IMG/VR virus record: IMGVR_UViG_2721755660_000001 | Length of the DNA: 64,000 bases | DNA from: a virus | Taxonomy: Duplodnaviria > Heunggongvirae > Uroviricota > Caudoviricetes | Reading direction: 5' to 3' (one strand) | The notes under the pieces: model-generated | The model's input: only the letters and a program-made list of their open reading frames with translations | Database searches by the model: none | What the model was told of the DNA's origin: nothing | Made by a program: the position numbers and the translations under genes | In this document: positions 9,935 through 20,090 of the stretch, piece by piece | Layout of the letters: the number at the start of each line of letters is the position of its first letter | How positions within the stretch are numbered: position 1 is the first letter of the stretch

Positions 9935-10690
9935 TCAGCTATGAAATCTGTATGCCCTTGACTGGCTTACCAGCACTTTCGCGCAGATGCGGAGAGAAGA
10001 AAAATCACCATCTTCGATGTACCAGGTTTCATATTTTTTATTGTCTGAAATCACAGCTAATTTTTTGTGCTGCTTTTGAAGTCGCTTTATGTAGAGATCA
10101 TTGTCCAGAACGAAAATGTATATGCCGTCACCGTCAAAGCAGTCGATGCTGACGTCGACGAAGATCTGGTCTCGCGGCTCGAACGTGCCAGACATCGAAT
10201 CGCCATTCACGGCAATCATTTTTATGTGGTCAGCTGGGCGCCCACCAAATACGGCGCGAGCCTCTTCGGTTGAATACTCTATGGATCGTATTGTTTCAAT
10301 GAACTCATCTCGCACAAGAATTCCTTGCCCAGCGCTAGCTTGAATATCAAAAACGTCTACACGGAAAGAATCGTCCCTCATTGCCATATGCCCTTCAGAT
10401 ATGCCATCTGCTGCACTATCGCCTAATAGGTAAGACGAGGATGTGCCAATTATAGCCGCCAGTTCCTGCAGCTTGCCACGTCTTGGAATAGCCTCCCCAT
10501 TGAACCACTTGCTTACCGCTTTAGGCGTGAGCTTCATTCGCTTGGCTATTTCAGCCTGACGTCCATGAGCAGGTAAACCAGCTTTATCACAGGCCAGCGC
10601 TAGCCGTTGGGAAAACTCTTTACGCGCTTTTTCTTCTTGAACCATAGGTTCAATCATAATATCACTTGCGTGAACTATCAGTTCCGACAT
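9935..10690 (-). CDS. CI-like repressor (HTH_XRE + S24 LexA-like peptidase domain)
   Basis: N-terminal HTH, C-terminal S24 domain (AVNGDSMSGTF...LYIKRL); divergent from cro; start may be a downstream Met (10645/10657). Confidence 0.85.
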   Translation of the reverse strand: MSELIVHASDIMIEPMVQEEKARKEFSQRLALACDKAGLPAHGRQAEIAKRMKLTPKAVSKWFNGEAIPRRGKLQELAAIIGTSSSYLLGDSAADGISEGHMAMRDDSFRVDVFDIQASAGQGILVRDEFIETIRSIEYSTEEARAVFGGRPADHIKMIAVNGDSMSGTFEPRDQIFVDVSIDCFDGDGIYIFVLDNDLYIKRLQKQHKKLAVISDNKKYETWYIEDGDFSSLRICAKVLVSQSRAYRFHS

Positions 10691-10725
10691 AATATGTACC
10701 TACAGTTCAATTTGAGGGTTAACAA

Positions 10726-10953
10726 ATGCAACCTAAGAACCTTGGCGACATCATCAAGCAAATCCGTGTACCGGTGGTGGCGAAGGCTTGCGGGCGCACT
10801 CCCCGCGCTATCTACAAGTGGATTAACAGCGGTTGCCTGCCGCGTACCGATTACACCGGCGAAACAGGTTATGCGTCCAAAATCGCAGCTGCATCTGGTG
10901 GTCAGTTTACCGAGAACCAGATCCTTGAAATCAGTAAACCAAAAGCCGCTTAA
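10726..10953 (+). CDS. Cro-like small DNA-binding regulator
   Basis: 75-aa ORF divergent from cI, GAGGG RBS, HTH-like segment. Confidence 0.65.
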   Translation: MQPKNLGDIIKQIRVPVVAKACGRTPRAIYKWINSGCLPRTDYTGETGYASKIAAASGGQFTENQILEISKPKAA

Positions 10954-10982
10954 CGGCGGCCCTAACCACGAAAGGGAAAGAA

Positions 10983-11549
10983 ATGCATTCACTTGCGTAT
11001 CAACAGAGTAGCGGACTTGAACAACGTCCGTTGATTTCGATTTATCAAAGTGTTCCGCGTAATAACCGTAAGCTAACTCGAATACGGGAGGCAGTTAAGG
11101 CCTGGCAAAAAGCTACGCCGGGCCAGTCTCAGGTTCACATTTCTCAGCTGGTTGCGAAAGAGTGGCTGGCGCGCGGCGGGAAGGGGTTGTTACTGGCAGG
11201 TTCTGAACACAACACGAAGCAGAACTTCTTCCGGATGATTAACGATCCGGGCCCGAAGAACGACAAGGGGTTGATGCTACTGATCCCCGTCATTATCGAC
11301 GTGATGGCGCGGGATAACGAGAAAGTGGCGAGAGAGTTCGGTCTGGTCGCAAAGACTGAGGCCGAACTGATAGCCGAGGCCATGAAAGAGTGCACTGAAG
11401 CGCATCAGGCGAAGTTACTTGGTCAGCCGATACAACGCCTTGAGAAAGAGGTGAGAGAAGCTGCTGAAGCACTGCTGCGCTTCCTGCCAACTGAATCAAT
11501 CGCTGCGGTGGTGACAAGTCTGGCCGCTATGGCGCCGGGAGTTATGTGA
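10983..11549 (+). CDS. Putative early regulatory protein (CII/YdaT-like position)
   Basis: 188-aa ORF immediately after cro with AGGGAAAG RBS; family assignment is by position. Confidence 0.45.
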   Translation: MHSLAYQQSSGLEQRPLISIYQSVPRNNRKLTRIREAVKAWQKATPGQSQVHISQLVAKEWLARGGKGLLLAGSEHNTKQNFFRMINDPGPKNDKGLMLLIPVIIDVMARDNEKVAREFGLVAKTEAELIAEAMKECTEAHQAKLLGQPIQRLEKEVREAAEALLRFLPTESIAAVVTSLAAMAPGVM

Positions 11550-11785
11550 TGGGAAGTATCAAAAATGGCGAAAGCCAGTCTGCGCGAACAGAACTGGCCT
11601 TCAAATGCAAATCGTGTGCACTCATTGCAGGAGGAATAATGGCAAAAAAACCACGCTATTTCCATACCGCTGTACATAAAAACATTACCCGCGACCGCTT
11701 CATCCGCTCGGTTAATCCGATTGTGGCAGAGAAGATGCGCGCCATTCTGGAAGAACTGAAACGTAAGGAGAGTGGTCGTGGATAA
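11546..11785 (+). CDS. Small hypothetical protein
   Basis: Overlaps the previous stop; an internal ATG at 11639 has a stronger RBS (AGGAGGAATA), so the start is uncertain. Confidence 0.35.
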   Translation: MMGSIKNGESQSARTELAFKCKSCALIAGGIMAKKPRYFHTAVHKNITRDRFIRSVNPIVAEKMRAILEELKRKESGRG

Positions 11786-12863
11786 CCTCGCAAAAGTAAT
11801 ACCTTTCAGACCGTCTGTAACGGTCGTGGAGCGTCAGGTGGCAGATATCGATGATGGGTATACCCGCATCGCTAACGAGCTGCTGGAAGCGGTTATGGCT
11901 GCTGATTTAACGGCTCGCCAGCTGAAGGTCGTTCTGGCGGTGATCCGCAAAACTTACGGGTTCGGGAAAAAGTTTGACCGCATTACCAATACCCAGATTG
12001 CAGCAATGACCGGCATTCACCATACGCATGTCTGCAAGGCCAAGAACGAGATGATTGCAATGAACATCATCGTTACCAACGGCCTGGCGATCGGGGTGAA
12101 TAAGGTGATTTCTGACTGGAATTTCAGCATTAGCCAAAATGGCAAATCATTAGCCGAAACAGCTAATGAAACATTAGCCAAGTCAGCTAATACCCATAAG
12201 CCAACTCAGCTAAACACAAAAGAAACTATTCAAAAGAAAGAAAGAAAAGATCCCCCTAAATCCCCCCAGGGGGAAAACTCACTCGCTCAGGAAGTGATGG
12301 ATTACTTCAACGAGCTAACGGGTAGTCGTTGTGCTGCGCTGGCACCTTTCGAGAAAGCTCTCTCCACGGTGAAGAGCAAAGACCAGTGCTACACCGCTGA
12401 AGAGCTGAAACTCGTTATCCGCTGGGCCCATGTGAACTGGGGTCACAGCTTCAAGCCAGAGAACCTGTGCCGTATGACCCGATTTGATGGATACCTGTCA
12501 GACGCCCTGATATGGGCTGATGGTCAGGGAAGCAACCCGGCAGCCTGTCCGCACGAAGAGATCATCAAGCTCTGGAATGAAAAATTCCCTTCGAAGGCTG
12601 TGTCGCTGCATGAGTGGAACCGCCGCCGTCCGGCCTATCGAGACCTGGAAGCTGTGTGGAACGGCAAAACCACCCAGGGCAACTGGCGAGAGCTGAAGCA
12701 CATGGGAATGGCCTTCGAGCTGATTAGCAAGTCTTCCCTGTTCGGCACCAGAGGCGATCAGCCATGGCTGACTCTCGACTGGATACTGAATCCGAAGAAC
12801 TGGGGATCTGTCTACGAGCAGGCTATCAACGAGCACCGTGAGCGCAAGGGAGTTACAGCATGA
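11778..12863 (+). CDS. Replication initiation protein, lambda O-like
   Basis: N-terminus matches the recalled phage replication-O domain pattern; followed by the helicase; GTG start placed 7 nt after AAGGAG. Confidence 0.78.
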   Translation: MDNLAKVIPFRPSVTVVERQVADIDDGYTRIANELLEAVMAADLTARQLKVVLAVIRKTYGFGKKFDRITNTQIAAMTGIHHTHVCKAKNEMIAMNIIVTNGLAIGVNKVISDWNFSISQNGKSLAETANETLAKSANTHKPTQLNTKETIQKKERKDPPKSPQGENSLAQEVMDYFNELTGSRCAALAPFEKALSTVKSKDQCYTAEELKLVIRWAHVNWGHSFKPENLCRMTRFDGYLSDALIWADGQGSNPAACPHEEIIKLWNEKFPSKAVSLHEWNRRRPAYRDLEAVWNGKTTQGNWRELKHMGMAFELISKSSLFGTRGDQPWLTLDWILNPKNWGSVYEQAINEHRERKGVTA

Positions 12864-14233
12864 GCCGTTTTATCGATTTGTACGTTGAGCAGGCCGTCAT
12901 CGGCGGGATCATGCTCGCAGCGGGCCGCACAGACGGCGTTGACATGGCGACTGACGCGATTGAGGGGCTGACTGAGGACCACTTCACAGCAACGCCCCAT
13001 AAAGTGGCTCTGAAGTCCTATAAGCGACTCAACGAATCCGGTTCGAAGATAGACCTGCTGACGTTGACCAGCGACCTTGAACGGCTTGGCGCGCTGGAAA
13101 GTGCCGGGGGATTCGCTTACCTGGCTGAATGCAGCAAAAACACACCGTCGTTCGCGAACCTTGCCTCGTACTGCGAAAAGTTGCGGGAAATGCATCTCGG
13201 CCGCCGGATGACCCTGGCGCTACAGGTAGGGATCCAGAAGCTGTCCGAACCATCCAGTGAGGGTATCGCTGACATCATCGGCAACATACAGGCCGATATC
13301 TCTGGTATTGAGCACAGTGCGGACTATGGCACTGAGCACATCACCACCGGGATCGACATGTCGTTAGAGACTATCCAGTCGATTATCAGCGGCGATATCT
13401 GGAAGCACAAAACCGAGCTTGGCATGGCAACCATCGACAGCGCTTTTGGCGGGTTCAACAACACCGATTTCATCGTTGTCGGCGGGCGCCCGGGCATGGG
13501 GAAAACCATGTTCAGCACCACCGTGACCGAGACTGTCGGCCTGAAAAACAAAAAGCCTGTGCTGTTCTTCAGCCTGGAAATGCCAGTTGATCAGATCTCC
13601 GAACGTGTCGCGTTCCACCGGGCACGGGTGAGTAAAGAGGATTTACTCAGCAAGCAGAGCGACGTAATGGATGGTGCCTGGGGAAAGGTCGGCCACTGCA
13701 TGAAGGATTTCATCGAAGCCCCGATCTATATCAACGACAAGCCATCCCTCAGCGTTCATCAGGTGCGAGCGGAAGCCAGGCGAATGAGCAAGAAACTGGG
13801 TGGACTTGGTGTGGTCATTGTCGATTACCTCCAGAAGATGCGCATGTCTGACCCTGAGAACATGAACCGCAGCGTAGGGGAGATCGCCACCGGCCTGAAG
13901 AACCTGGCGAAAGAATTGCGTTGCCCGGTCATCGCACTGGCTCAGCTTAACCGTAAGGTCGAAGAACGTGCTAATAAGCGCCCGGTCGCAGCTGACCTCC
14001 GCGAGTCCGGTGTTATCGAGCAGGAAGCCGATGTGATTTTCATGATCTACCGGGATGAGAAATACAACCCGAACACCGAACTGAAAGGCATCACCGAAAT
14101 CATCTGTGTGAAGTCCCGCCATGCGCCGGGGGCAGAAAAGACCTACCACTTCAGCAGCCGCTACTCAGGCCTGGACCCGGTAGATTTCACCTACAGCGGC
14201 CAGATGCAACAGGAGGCTGACTATGAGTGCTAA
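12860..14233 (+). CDS. Replicative DNA helicase, DnaB family
   Basis: 457 aa; Walker A GGRPGMGKT, DnaB-like N-terminal domain; ATGA overlap with the O-like gene. Confidence 0.9.
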   Translation: MSRFIDLYVEQAVIGGIMLAAGRTDGVDMATDAIEGLTEDHFTATPHKVALKSYKRLNESGSKIDLLTLTSDLERLGALESAGGFAYLAECSKNTPSFANLASYCEKLREMHLGRRMTLALQVGIQKLSEPSSEGIADIIGNIQADISGIEHSADYGTEHITTGIDMSLETIQSIISGDIWKHKTELGMATIDSAFGGFNNTDFIVVGGRPGMGKTMFSTTVTETVGLKNKKPVLFFSLEMPVDQISERVAFHRARVSKEDLLSKQSDVMDGAWGKVGHCMKDFIEAPIYINDKPSLSVHQVRAEARRMSKKLGGLGVVIVDYLQKMRMSDPENMNRSVGEIATGLKNLAKELRCPVIALAQLNRKVEERANKRPVAADLRESGVIEQEADVIFMIYRDEKYNPNTELKGITEIICVKSRHAPGAEKTYHFSSRYSGLDPVDFTYSGQMQQEADYEC

Positions 14234-14537
14234 GACGATGAAAGGCAAACAGGCAATTCTGCGTTATCTCGAAACGCACCGGACCTTCACCGCGAAGGAT
14301 GTGGCCACAGAGTGCGGCATGACCATCAACTGCATCACGAAGAACGCTATCGACCTGGAGCGGGCCCGCAAGATTGTCCGGGTGAGTAAGGTCTGGCGAA
14401 CAGTGACTTATCGCCAGGCGACGCCGGAAGAGCAGGCTGGTACCGCGCGCAGCTGCACCAACGGAATATTTCTGGAGTGCCGGAACAGTCCGGCCATGAA
14501 GCGAGTATTGATGGTTTGGGGGAGGGTAGGGGTATGA
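14223..14537 (+). CDS. Hypothetical winged-helix-like protein
   Basis: 104-aa ORF overlapping the helicase stop. Confidence 0.4.
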   Translation: MSAKTMKGKQAILRYLETHRTFTAKDVATECGMTINCITKNAIDLERARKIVRVSKVWRTVTYRQATPEEQAGTARSCTNGIFLECRNSPAMKRVLMVWGRVGV

Positions 14538-14561
14538 GTATTATTTACAAGAAAACAGTAA

Positions 14562-14822
14562 CACCATCTGAAGATTTGGCCTGAGTACTATTCAGCCGTT
14601 CGCGCAGGACAGAAGCGTGCAGAGCTCAGATGGAATGACCGAGATTACCAGGCAGGCGACAATCTCGATCTGTGCGAGTGGGACCCGAACGAAGAAGCCT
14701 TTACCGGTGAATTCACCAAAGTCACCGTTACACATGTCGCTGAACTTGGTAACTGGATACCGGGTTATGTACTGCTGAGTAACGCTCTTTTATCGCCAGC
14801 AGTGGATGTGAAAACGACCTGA
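14562..14822 (+). pseudogene. DUF3850/ASCH-like ORF lacking an in-frame start (possible N-terminal frameshift)
   Basis: Frame encodes HHLKIWPEYYSAVRAGQKRAELRWNDRDYQAGD... (DUF3850-like by recollection); the only nearby ATG (14534) is in another frame and stops after 16 codons. Confidence 0.3.
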
Positions 14823-14977
14823 TGCCTTGCCCATACTGCGATGGAAAGGCTGAATTTGATTATGACGACGATAACCTCAATTGGATATCTTGTAACGCGT
14901 GCGGAATCGCTGCACTTTATGATCATGAGAAGCCCGTGCTGACGGGCACAGAAAACAGTACGGGTGCAATAAATTAG
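14822..14977 (+). CDS. Small Cys4 zinc-finger protein, Lar-like restriction-alleviation family candidate
   Basis: 51-aa ORF MPCPYCDG...CNACG; family assignment by motif recollection. Confidence 0.4.
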   Translation: MPCPYCDGKAEFDYDDDNLNWISCNACGIAALYDHEKPVLTGTENSTGAIN

Positions 14978-15411
14978 TACGAAACAATTATATCAAGCTT
15001 TTCTCCAATGATTTTCAAAGAAGAGTAGATGGATTGGCCTGAAGGAGATGGATTACTGGAATATGAATTGTTGCCGCCTTCTAAGATGGAAGCTATTAAA
15101 TTTAGTTGGTGTGACGCTTCAATCACATCGCTGTAAACTGGAGTAAGGCCTATTTTTGAGAAAAAATTATAGAATGGGATTGCTTTCGATTTTGCAATTA
15201 AAAGACCTGATGACGCCTTTAGCTCATGTATTAATTCGCTATTTGGCTTAAAATTCATTATTTTACTTTGCTCGCGAAGTAAGAGTGACGAAATTCTTCC
15301 CAGATGCTCCTTGAACGAGATATACGTTTCCAATGCGCATTTGGTTATTATTTGACCTATGACGTAGACGGTCACACCAGTGATAATTGTAGTAAAAACA
15401 GTAAGCCACAT
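14974..15411 (-). CDS. Hypothetical membrane-anchored protein (AT-rich moron, antisense to the replication/nin operon)
   Basis: 145-aa ORF with N-terminal TM helix; visibly AT-rich; opposite strand to flanking phage genes. Confidence 0.5.
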   Translation of the reverse strand: MWLTVFTTIITGVTVYVIGQIITKCALETYISFKEHLGRISSLLLREQSKIMNFKPNSELIHELKASSGLLIAKSKAIPFYNFFSKIGLTPVYSDVIEASHQLNLIASILEGGNNSYSSNPSPSGQSIYSSLKIIGEKLDIIVSY

Positions 15412-15755
15412 AATCAGTTAACGCCTTTAGCTAAAATGCAATTATGTATCCTATAGCTCCAGTGATTTGTCCAGATAAATTGGGTGGTCATGGCACATCA
15501 TCGCCGCGACTATAAGAATACTTTGCTCATACCGTTCGCGCCGCCATGCTTCAGGGTGCCACGCAAGATAGCAACTCTCCGGTGATTCCGGATGGTTGGG
15601 TGATGGTTCAGAAGGAGCCAACGCCAGATATGCTTAATGCCGCCTGGGTGTCACATGGCATTTACCATGCATCTGCTTATCGTACGATGCTCGCAGCAGC
15701 TCCGCAGCAGGTGAAGTGACGAACAAGTTGACGAGAGTTACCATAGATATAAATC

Positions 15756-15779
15756 AAGGCCCCTAGGGGCCTTTTATTC
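15756..15779 (+). terminator. Intrinsic terminator
   Basis: GGCCCC-TA-GGGGCC hairpin followed by TTTTATT. Confidence 0.5.
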
Positions 15780-15812
15780 TATGATAAACGGACTTTGTTT
15801 GAGAGTGACGCT

Positions 15813-16139
15813 ATGAAGCCCAAGAAGCTAAATGCTGAGCAGCAATACAAATTAGACCTTGAGTTGGTCAAGAAGAAACCTGCGAACCGTACAGAGGCAA
15901 AAGCCCATTTGGCGGCGCAGTTACGGATCAGCAAGTACAAGGCGCAGAACTCATCAAAAATCCGCGCAGGCAGTTTCAGGGGGCGGAAGAAGGTGCATTT
16001 CAGTAAGGCCGAAGACGAGGCCAGGGCAGCACTAAATAAAGCCAATGCCATTAGATTTTCCGAAGGGGAGGTCGAATCCGTCGATACGGATCGAATCTCA
16101 GAAAGTAACAAACGCTGGCGCGGGAGAACTGCTGACTAA
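15813..16139 (+). CDS. Hypothetical basic protein (gene A of an unknown three-gene cassette)
   Basis: 108-aa Lys/Arg-rich ORF starting just after the terminator. Confidence 0.5.
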   Translation: MKPKKLNAEQQYKLDLELVKKKPANRTEAKAHLAAQLRISKYKAQNSSKIRAGSFRGRKKVHFSKAEDEARAALNKANAIRFSEGEVESVDTDRISESNKRWRGRTAD

Positions 16140-16387
16140 TGTCTGACTGGAACATTGCAGCAAAGCCGCAGGAAGATCGCGATAAGGTTAACGTTGACCT
16201 GGCTGCCTCCGGAGTGGCGTACAAAGAGCGCCTGAATATGCCGGTTATCGCTGAGGTGGTGATGCGCGAGCAGCCAGAGCATTTGCGTGATTACTTCCTT
16301 GAGCGCCTGAAGTTTTATCGCGAGAAGTCGATAACTTTACCGAAAGTTAGCGATCCGTTTTACCTGAAACAGGAGGAAGGGAAGTGA
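16139..16387 (+). CDS. Hypothetical protein (gene B of the cassette)
   Basis: 82-aa ORF, start overlaps the stop of gene A (TAATG). Confidence 0.5.
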   Translation: MSDWNIAAKPQEDRDKVNVDLAASGVAYKERLNMPVIAEVVMREQPEHLRDYFLERLKFYREKSITLPKVSDPFYLKQEEGK

Positions 16388-17034
16388 TTATTGATGAACA
16401 TTTTAAGGATAGAGTCTCGAGTCATCTATCTCAGAAAATAATCGAAGACGCATTAAATGGAAGGGGATTTTTCGCCCGAAATGTGTTGGAGTCCATTCGG
16501 CTTCTTGAGGGAATGAAGGTTGCCCCATCAACTTTAGCAATGCGTCATCAAGAGCGTGAATTAAAGGGTGCGTTGGCCGGATTTCATCATATACATGTTT
16601 CAGAGGATAATTTCACTCGAGCTTTCAATGCGTACAGGCAAAAAGGAGAAGCGCCTGAGAAAAATCCATCCGAGCCGGCTTTACAAGGCCGGGGCAATCG
16701 CAATGCTATTCAGATGTTTTTGGAGCAAAATGGAGTTAGTGCTAAAGATGCTTCGTTTGAAGAACTTATCATAAGATTCCAGGATCTTATTGAACAGATG
16801 GGAGAAGAAAATGCAAAAGAGCAAATTTCTCGTATTGCTGCTGAGCTATCTTGGAAACCGTTTAAGGGTAATGATGTAATTTCTGGAGACTGGCTAGTCT
16901 ATTGGGTGAGACAGGACGGTGTAAGATTTTATATCGATAGTTTTGAACACATCCCCGCAACCGATACAAAACTGCAGAATTCCACCGCAAATTCATTACA
17001 CGCCATTCTTCAAAGCATGGATACCGCCGTTTGA
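16384..17034 (+). CDS. Hypothetical protein (gene C of the cassette)
   Basis: 216-aa ORF, GTG start after AGGAGGAAGG; overlaps the stop of gene B; visibly lower GC. Confidence 0.55.
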   Translation: MIIDEHFKDRVSSHLSQKIIEDALNGRGFFARNVLESIRLLEGMKVAPSTLAMRHQERELKGALAGFHHIHVSEDNFTRAFNAYRQKGEAPEKNPSEPALQGRGNRNAIQMFLEQNGVSAKDASFEELIIRFQDLIEQMGEENAKEQISRIAAELSWKPFKGNDVISGDWLVYWVRQDGVRFYIDSFEHIPATDTKLQNSTANSLHAILQSMDTAV

Positions 17035-17207
17035 TTTTCAAGAATCATCCAGCCATAATCATGTCATCGGAGCCTGAACAACTCCGGTGACTTCTGCGCA
17101 TTTAAGGGGACTTAAATGCGACCACAATCTGAACTCTTCACCTTGTCACAGATGCAGAAATGCACCTGCGATTTTCTACATTCTGCGGTTTCCAATAAGG
17201 AGGCCGT

Positions 17208-17663
17208 ATGACTCTGCCAGTTGACGGAATCAAACTCCATCGAGGCAACTTCGCGGCCATCGGCCAGCAGATTCAGCCATTGCTGGATGCCGGGCAGTAC
17301 TTCCGCCTGCAGGTTAAGCCGTGGCGCGAGAAGCGCAGCCTGTCGCAGAACGCGCTCAGCCACATGTGGTACACGGAAATCAGCGATTACCTGATTAACT
17401 CCGGACGCACCGACGCGACTCCTGAGTGGGTTAAGCGCAACCTCAAAAAGACATATCTCGGCTGCGAAGAGGTGACCTACACCGACTTCATCACCGGCGA
17501 AAAAAACACTACATGGGAACCGCGACATACCGCCAATCTCGATACCGGGGAAATGCATATTTTCCTGGTAAAGGTTGAAATGTGGTGCGCTCAGTTCGGC
17601 CTTGCCCTGACTATCCCGAACGGCTGCGAGTACCAGCAGCTGCGCGATAAGCAGGAGGCCTGA
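17208..17663 (+). CDS. ninB: NinB-like recombination protein
   Basis: 151 aa; RSLSQN motif and architecture resemble lambda NinB; followed by NinE and NinG homologs. Confidence 0.7.
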   Translation: MTLPVDGIKLHRGNFAAIGQQIQPLLDAGQYFRLQVKPWREKRSLSQNALSHMWYTEISDYLINSGRTDATPEWVKRNLKKTYLGCEEVTYTDFITGEKNTTWEPRHTANLDTGEMHIFLVKVEMWCAQFGLALTIPNGCEYQQLRDKQEA

Positions 17664-17833
17664 TGTCTACTCCACTTTCCCGCGTTATCAGTAACGAAAT
17701 CTTCCGCGTTCCGGCGCGCCGCCAGCGCAAGCCCGCGGTTAAGCCGTCCGAAATCCCGACCATGAAGGACTACACCGCCTGCCTGGTGGATCAGAAATGG
17801 CTGCGTCTCGCGGCGAGGAGAGCGCATGGCTAA
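17663..17833 (+). CDS. ninE: NinE-like protein
   Basis: 56-aa ORF (below the track cutoff); C-terminal YTACLVDQKWLR resembles lambda NinE YTAHLWDIRWLR. Confidence 0.5.
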   Translation: MSTPLSRVISNEIFRVPARRQRKPAVKPSEIPTMKDYTACLVDQKWLRLAARRAHG

Positions 17834-18437
17834 GTTACCGCGCCGCAAGTGCGCCCATAAAGCCTGTCGCCAGTGGTTCCACCCGGTACGCGACGGGCAG
17901 GTAGTTTGCTCATTCGAGTGCGCCAGCGCTATCGGCAAAGAACAGACCGCAAAATCCCGTGAAGCCGCTCAGCAGAAGGAAGCGCAGCGTCAGCGCACCG
18001 AAGAGAAAGCTGGTCGCCAACGGCGTGCTGCGCGCCGTAATGAACTTAAGCCGATACGTCACTGGGTACAGATGACTCAGCGCGCCTTCAACGACTGGCG
18101 TCGCGAAATGCTGCTGGCAGCCGGTCACGGTTGCATCTCTTGCGGAACCAAGACCGCCTTTGCCTGGCATGCCGGGCATTACCGCACTACGGCCGCCGCA
18201 CCGCAACTTCGCTTTAACCAGGACAATATCTGGCTGCAGTGCTCCGCCTGCAACGTTCACAAATCCGGAAACATCGAGGCATACCGCGCCGCCCTGATTG
18301 AGCTGATTGGCGAGGAGCGCGTGCTGGCGCTGGAATCCAACAACGAAACCCACCGATACACCCGTGAAGAGCTGGATGGCATCCGCGCTAAGGCACGGGC
18401 AGATCTTCGCGCATTCAAACAGCAGGTGGCAGCATGA
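17826..18437 (+). CDS. ninG: NinG/Rap-like Cys-rich recombination endonuclease
   Basis: 203 aa with Cys clusters (CAHKAC...CSFEC, CISCG...CSACN), position after NinE. Confidence 0.7.
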   Translation: MAKLPRRKCAHKACRQWFHPVRDGQVVCSFECASAIGKEQTAKSREAAQQKEAQRQRTEEKAGRQRRAARRNELKPIRHWVQMTQRAFNDWRREMLLAAGHGCISCGTKTAFAWHAGHYRTTAAAPQLRFNQDNIWLQCSACNVHKSGNIEAYRAALIELIGEERVLALESNNETHRYTREELDGIRAKARADLRAFKQQVAA

Positions 18438-18817
18438 GCACAGAAACCGAAATTGAACTGGGCACGGTTGTCGCGTTCCCGACGAAGAATAACGACCTAC
18501 AGGACGGGCTGGTTATTCAGCGCGAAGGGCAGAAGGTTATGTGCCTGCACTCCACTGTTTGGGTGAATGAAAAAGACCGGACCTTACGCTGCCGGAAGTG
18601 CGACACGCTGATCGAACCTTTTGACTTCCTTATGACGCTCTGCGACCAGGAGTCTCGCTACATGGAGAACGTGAAATATCTCCGCCGGGAAGAAAAGCAG
18701 CGCCGTCAGAATATCGAGAAGCTCATTCAGATTGAGAAGAACGCCAAAGCCCGTATTCGCCGCGCCGGGGATAAGTCGCCACTTCCTCTCTGGCAGAACG
18801 AGAGGGTTGAAGAATGA
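18434..18817 (+). CDS. Hypothetical nin-region protein
   Basis: 127-aa ORF overlapping the ninG stop. Confidence 0.5.
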   Translation: MSTETEIELGTVVAFPTKNNDLQDGLVIQREGQKVMCLHSTVWVNEKDRTLRCRKCDTLIEPFDFLMTLCDQESRYMENVKYLRREEKQRRQNIEKLIQIEKNAKARIRRAGDKSPLPLWQNERVEE

Positions 18818-18926
18818 CGCGTGACCAGATTATGCGGTACCAGGCCGAAAGCGTTAAGCGCGCCAACCTGCCGCCAGTAGCAAACCACAGCCAGAACAAA
18901 ACCAACCAGCCACATAAGGAAGCCGC

Positions 18927-19616
18927 ATGAACAGTCAGCAACTGGAATACGTACGTCAGCAGCTCATTGTGGCGACCGCAGATCTGAGCGGGGCGACGAA
19001 AGGGCAGCTGGTAGCTTTTGCCGAGAATGCGCAATTCACCGCGACGGCGCGCAGCCGGGGCCGGAAAAAGGTATTCGACAAGGATAAGCAGCGCATGGTC
19101 AACCCGGATGGTCCGCCGATGAGCGGCAGCCAGTCACGCGCTAAGGGCTCGTCTATCGCGCTGGTCAGCCCTGTGGAGTTTGGTACCGCGTCATGGCGCC
19201 GCGCCGTCCTGTCGCTGGAAGAACACCAGAAAGCGTGGCTGCTGTGGAACTACAGCGAGAATATCCGCTTCGAATACCAGGTGGCGATCACCCAGTGGGC
19301 GTGGGCAGAGTTCCGGGAACAGCTCGGCGCGAAGAAGGTGGCCGGCAAGACGATTGAGCGCCTGAAGAAGCTTATCTGGCTGGCGGCGCAGGACGTCAAA
19401 GCGGAGCTGGCGGGTAAGGATGTGTATCAGCATCAGGACCTGGCCGCCCTGTGTGGCGTTAAGCCGGATAACTGGTGTCATAACTACGCCGATTACTGGC
19501 TTGCCATGTGCGCCATCTTTAAGCGGCTTGATGGCGATTCACTCCTCTGTACTGTGAGAACACGATCACAACAAAAAGCGACTTTTTCGCAGCAGGGTAT
19601 TGCAAAAGTCAATTAA
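18927..19616 (+). CDS. Late-gene antitermination protein Q-like
   Basis: 229 aa immediately upstream of the terminator-rich late leader and lysis genes; ITQWAWAEFREQL segment resembles recalled Q-family proteins. Confidence 0.6.
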   Translation: MNSQQLEYVRQQLIVATADLSGATKGQLVAFAENAQFTATARSRGRKKVFDKDKQRMVNPDGPPMSGSQSRAKGSSIALVSPVEFGTASWRRAVLSLEEHQKAWLLWNYSENIRFEYQVAITQWAWAEFREQLGAKKVAGKTIERLKKLIWLAAQDVKAELAGKDVYQHQDLAALCGVKPDNWCHNYADYWLAMCAIFKRLDGDSLLCTVRTRSQQKATFSQQGIAKVN

Positions 19617-19681
19617 ATAGCATACTTTTCATGTAAATCTGATATCTTCGCCATAGCTTTGTAGGACGACAAAGAATTAAC

Positions 19682-19715
19682 AGCCTCGCCATCGTGCGGG
19701 GCTTTGTTTTTTGTG
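19682..19715 (+). terminator. Intrinsic terminator downstream of Q
   Basis: 8-bp stem (AGCCTCGC/GCGGGGCT) and T-run TTGTTTTTTGTG. Confidence 0.55.
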
Positions 19716-19805
19716 CTTTCTGTAAACCAAGTGGGCGTTAAAAGTTAAAAATCATTATTTACTTATTTAAAATGTGGCCTCCACTTAAAACAGAGAGACC
19801 TCATC

Positions 19806-20045
19806 ATGAAGAATTTCCAGCTTTATGTTGGCGGCACTAACAACATCACCTATCGTTACGAAATTCATAAGATGGATGATGCTTTTAGTGTTCGGATTTT
19901 TAATGTCATCGATAAAGCACACAAAGAAGTGGGGGCTAAACTCCTTCGCTCAGTTTCATCTCACGACGTAATTGATGAGTGCGTGTCACATTACAAAAGG
20001 CAAGCGCAAGGCGTTAAGGGTTTTCTTCGCTGGCTTGGATTGTGA
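19806..20045 (+). CDS. Hypothetical small protein (moron between Q and lysis genes)
   Basis: 79-aa ORF, visibly AT-rich, bracketed by terminators. Confidence 0.5.
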   Translation: MKNFQLYVGGTNNITYRYEIHKMDDAFSVRIFNVIDKAHKEVGAKLLRSVSSHDVIDECVSHYKRQAQGVKGFLRWLGL

Positions 20046-20063
20046 AAAAGTATCAGATTAAAC

Positions 20064-20090
20064 AGGTCGCTTAGGCGGCCTTTTTTGTTT
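20064..20090 (+). terminator. Intrinsic terminator (AGGTCGC-TTAG-GCGGCCT + T-run)
   Basis: Hairpin and T6; nearly identical to the terminator at 27492..27518. Confidence 0.55.
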
